64,000 bases of DNA, taken from positions 107,052,397 to 107,116,396 of the forward strand of contig CM097887.1 in assembly GCA_044892525.1 (NCBI GenBank), given 5' to 3'. The notes beneath the pieces were generated by a model. It saw nothing but the letters and a program-made list of their open reading frames with translations. It was not told the DNA's origin and searched no databases. Source of the stretch: Schmidtea polychroa. Taxonomy: Eukaryota. Below, in pieces: positions 61,338 through 64,000 of the stretch. Each line of letters opens with the position of its first letter. The first letter of the stretch is position 1. The translations under genes were made by a program, and so were the position numbers.

Positions 61338-64000
61338 GAAAGGCTAGATTAGTGAGTATTCCTGGTTGTAAAGGAATAAAGGATTTGAATTGGTTTAGTA
61401 TCAGAAAGGTAGCGAGTGTAAACCAGCCCCGCATAAATAAATTAATTAATAATTGTAGAGTTCAAAATACGTTAAACGGGACAACGAGAGATAAAACCTC
61501 AACTTGGTTATTCTTAATCATGATAGGGGGAGTAATTTGCATGATTTTAATTTTGATATTAACCACCCTATGGATGCTTAGATTAAATATGCGGGATATT
61601 CGTTATTGGGAAATTATTTACGAAACCGAGGTATAGGGGGAAAGTCTCACCATATACTAGGAAGTGTAAATATATATTTTATCTATTTTATATGTTATTT
61701 ATATTAGTATGTAAACTAATGTGGGCTCAAATGAGCATCGGTAAAATCAGACATCAGCGTATGTCGACTTTGGTTACCCTGCGAGGGTCTATCACGAAAG
61801 TGATAAAAGCTGTTAATTATTTTATTTTTAGAAAAATGAATTATAACAGAGAACCAAAACCACCAGTCAAAGCAAATCGACGACACCCATTGGCAACGTA
61901 CAATTCCCAGACTCGAGTTGAAACTGAAGTATATAGTACATACAAAGAAGAGTACGTATACAGGTTCATCGGAACTACGGTCGCAGCAAAAATGAATCAC
62001 CTCACCTCAAACTATTGGTATTATCCCAGGAGAGTGGATATTCCAAACGATTTCAAATTCGCAGGAGGGCCTCGAAAGCAAATGATGATAACGGTCTAAA
62101 TAACCAAGGTAGATTAAAATTGGCGGAACTATGTAGAGATTATGGTTCATGTCCGAAATTGGAAAGCATTTGGATCCATGCGATCAATAGGCCATTCACT
62201 GTGTTTATGGCGGGATTAGAGTTACCTGTTGAATTAGAAAAACAGTGTACTCTGGAGATATACCACGCTGATGGACGAGAACGGAATATTATGATCCAGG
62301 CAGCAGCAGTTGATACCATAATCGCAGTAGAAATCTTGGATTTCAGGAAGCCATACTCTATAGTTAGCAAAAACGAGCCAACTTGGATTTACAATGTAAA
62401 TAAAGTTGATATACAGCAGTGTAAATCATTTGTGAGGAAGAAGTTAACCAAAGCCGAGGAGGACGAGGCTACAATTTTCATATCGGCAGGTTTTGCCAAA
62501 TCCCGAATCGAACTGAAGGAGACAATTATCCAAATCGCAATTATGGATATGAGGGGAAATAATTTATTGAGTGCGGTAGTGACTCCCAGAGACCCTGTAA
62601 AACACTACCAAACGCACCAATACAAGTTAAAGGAACCTGATATTAGAGGAAACCTCGACGAAGATGATTGTTATCCTCTGATAAGATCTGCGATAAGAAA
62701 ATACTTGTAGGTATTTTGCTTAAAGATCTGATCTCGGTAGCCAATCTACCAGTGCAGTGGATACTGAGTATTCGTGACCTTTCTGCAAATAAACTATTGG
62801 AAACCAGAGGAGTCCCAATGATTCATGGTCATTACAGATTGGGATTCCCGACGAAAACTTTCCTGCGTACAGTTCTTGGAGAACCAAGGAATTTAGTGGT
62901 CACCAATGAGGCACTGGCGATACGTGCGGTTTATTTACATTTCAGAAACGAATGGTTAGACCATATCACGAAACCCCAGGAGGAATTCATTTCCGTAACT
63001 ACAGCAGCGATAGTTGAGCAGGAAATGACGCAAAAGAGGAGATTACCCGAGCAACCATCTACATCAGGGCAACCCAAGCCTAAGAGAAAATCACCTGTGG
63101 ACTTACCACCGCCTCCAGCTATATCTATTGGAGAAGAAGATGAATATGAAACATGCGTTAGCGAAACGGAGACAGCAAAATCACCCAAACAATCATCGGG
63201 AGCTGCCTATCAGCCAAAGGATAAATCGGAAAATGCGGTCAGAAAAGAAAATCCAGAAGGAGGCAAGGTGAAAAAGATGTTAAAGAAAATATTACCCATA
63301 AAAAGACAATTTTTTCAAATTTGTCAGACTTCCCGCCAACGGAAATTCTTCAACGATGTCTTATTTTAAAGCTCATTGCAATACCTTTCGAATGTGGTAT
63401 AGAAATCCATATTATCAATATTATTGGTAAAGGTATTATTATTTTTTCAAAATATTATTTTTTCAAGGTCATTTATATTTTCAAGGTCAATCATATTTTC
63501 AAGGTCATATTTTAAAATTTAAATTTTTAGAGTTCCCACCAATGGAATTTATTGGCCGATGGCTAATTTTGAAGCCCACTGCAATACCTTTCGAATGACG
63601 TATAGATATTCATATTATCATTATTATTAATAAAGATATTATTTTTTCAAAATATTATTTTTCAAGGTCGTTTATTTTTTCAAGGTTCAAAATCTGTTCA
63701 AAGCTACTGTTTTAGTCAATACGAACCAGATGAAATAATCGGTTCCATCGCCAAAAGTGATGCTCATCCTATTTGAATATATGCCTGAAAGATTGAAAGA
63801 TTCAAGTTGAAAGACCTGAAATTAGAAGACAATCACAAGAAAATATTATCCGGACAATTGATGTCCGGACTGCAATACTTGCATAATTTGAATATCGCCC
63901 ACTGCAATATCAATCCAAAAGACATTTTCGATGATATGGCAGAATTAAGATTAAAGATTTCAAACTTTGGAGGACGAATAATAAAATTGCGCTTATCGTC
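61338..64000 (+). repeat. Array unit 22 (partial, cut by the window end), the most diverged unit
   Basis: KDLNW as in unit 20. Frameshift at ~62096 splits ORF B. Private N>S, R>W, P>L and L>F changes. +3/-18 indel set. Confidence 0.95.

Larger units (their letters stand above)
883..64000 (+). repeat. Macrosatellite-like tandem array, ~2,881-bp unit, ~21.9 copies, running off the right edge of the window
   Basis: The same ORF set recurs at 1237, 4118, 6999, 9880, 12761, 15642, 18523, 21404, 24282, 27163, 30044, 32925, 35806, 38705, 41586, 44467, 47347, 50213, 53093, 55958, 58824 and 61692. Spacing is mostly 2881 (range 2865-2899). GAAAGGCTAGATT at 883 matches 3764. Confidence 0.99.

Noticed and set aside
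883-64000. rDNA, histone or other known housekeeping tandem cluster; or a pure assembly artefact
   Set aside because: No rRNA, tRNA, snRNA or histone sequence is recognisable. Structured shared variants and indels between units argue against simple artefactual duplication, although exact copy number needs read validation.

Overview
AT-rich eukaryotic DNA, probably from an invertebrate animal (inference). Bases 1-883 are a decayed Ty3/Gypsy pol remnant: RNase H C-terminus, HHCC zinc finger and the start of the integrase core, with stops and frameshifts. From 883 to the window end is one head-to-tail tandem array of a ~2,881-bp unit (21 complete copies plus ~0.9 of a 22nd), near-identical between copies. 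Each unit is a chimera, all on the + strand: (i) the C-terminal fragment of a type I membrane, env-like protein ending in YETEV; (ii) a long gene split by the same -1 frameshift in every copy, whose middle aligns by eye to REX4/REXO4/ISG20-family DEDDh exonucleases but lacks most catalytic residues; (iii) an AT-rich region with an 18-bp minisatellite carrying TCAAGGTCA (NR5A/FTZ-F1/ERR-type sites), an older ~120-bp duplication and an AATAAA; (iv) a broken protein-kinase fragment (HRD->HCN, DFG->NFG). Units 1-15 are very homogeneous. Units 16-22 form a more diverged subfamily with 3-unit and 2-unit higher-order mosaic structure. All homology calls were made by eye, without database searches.
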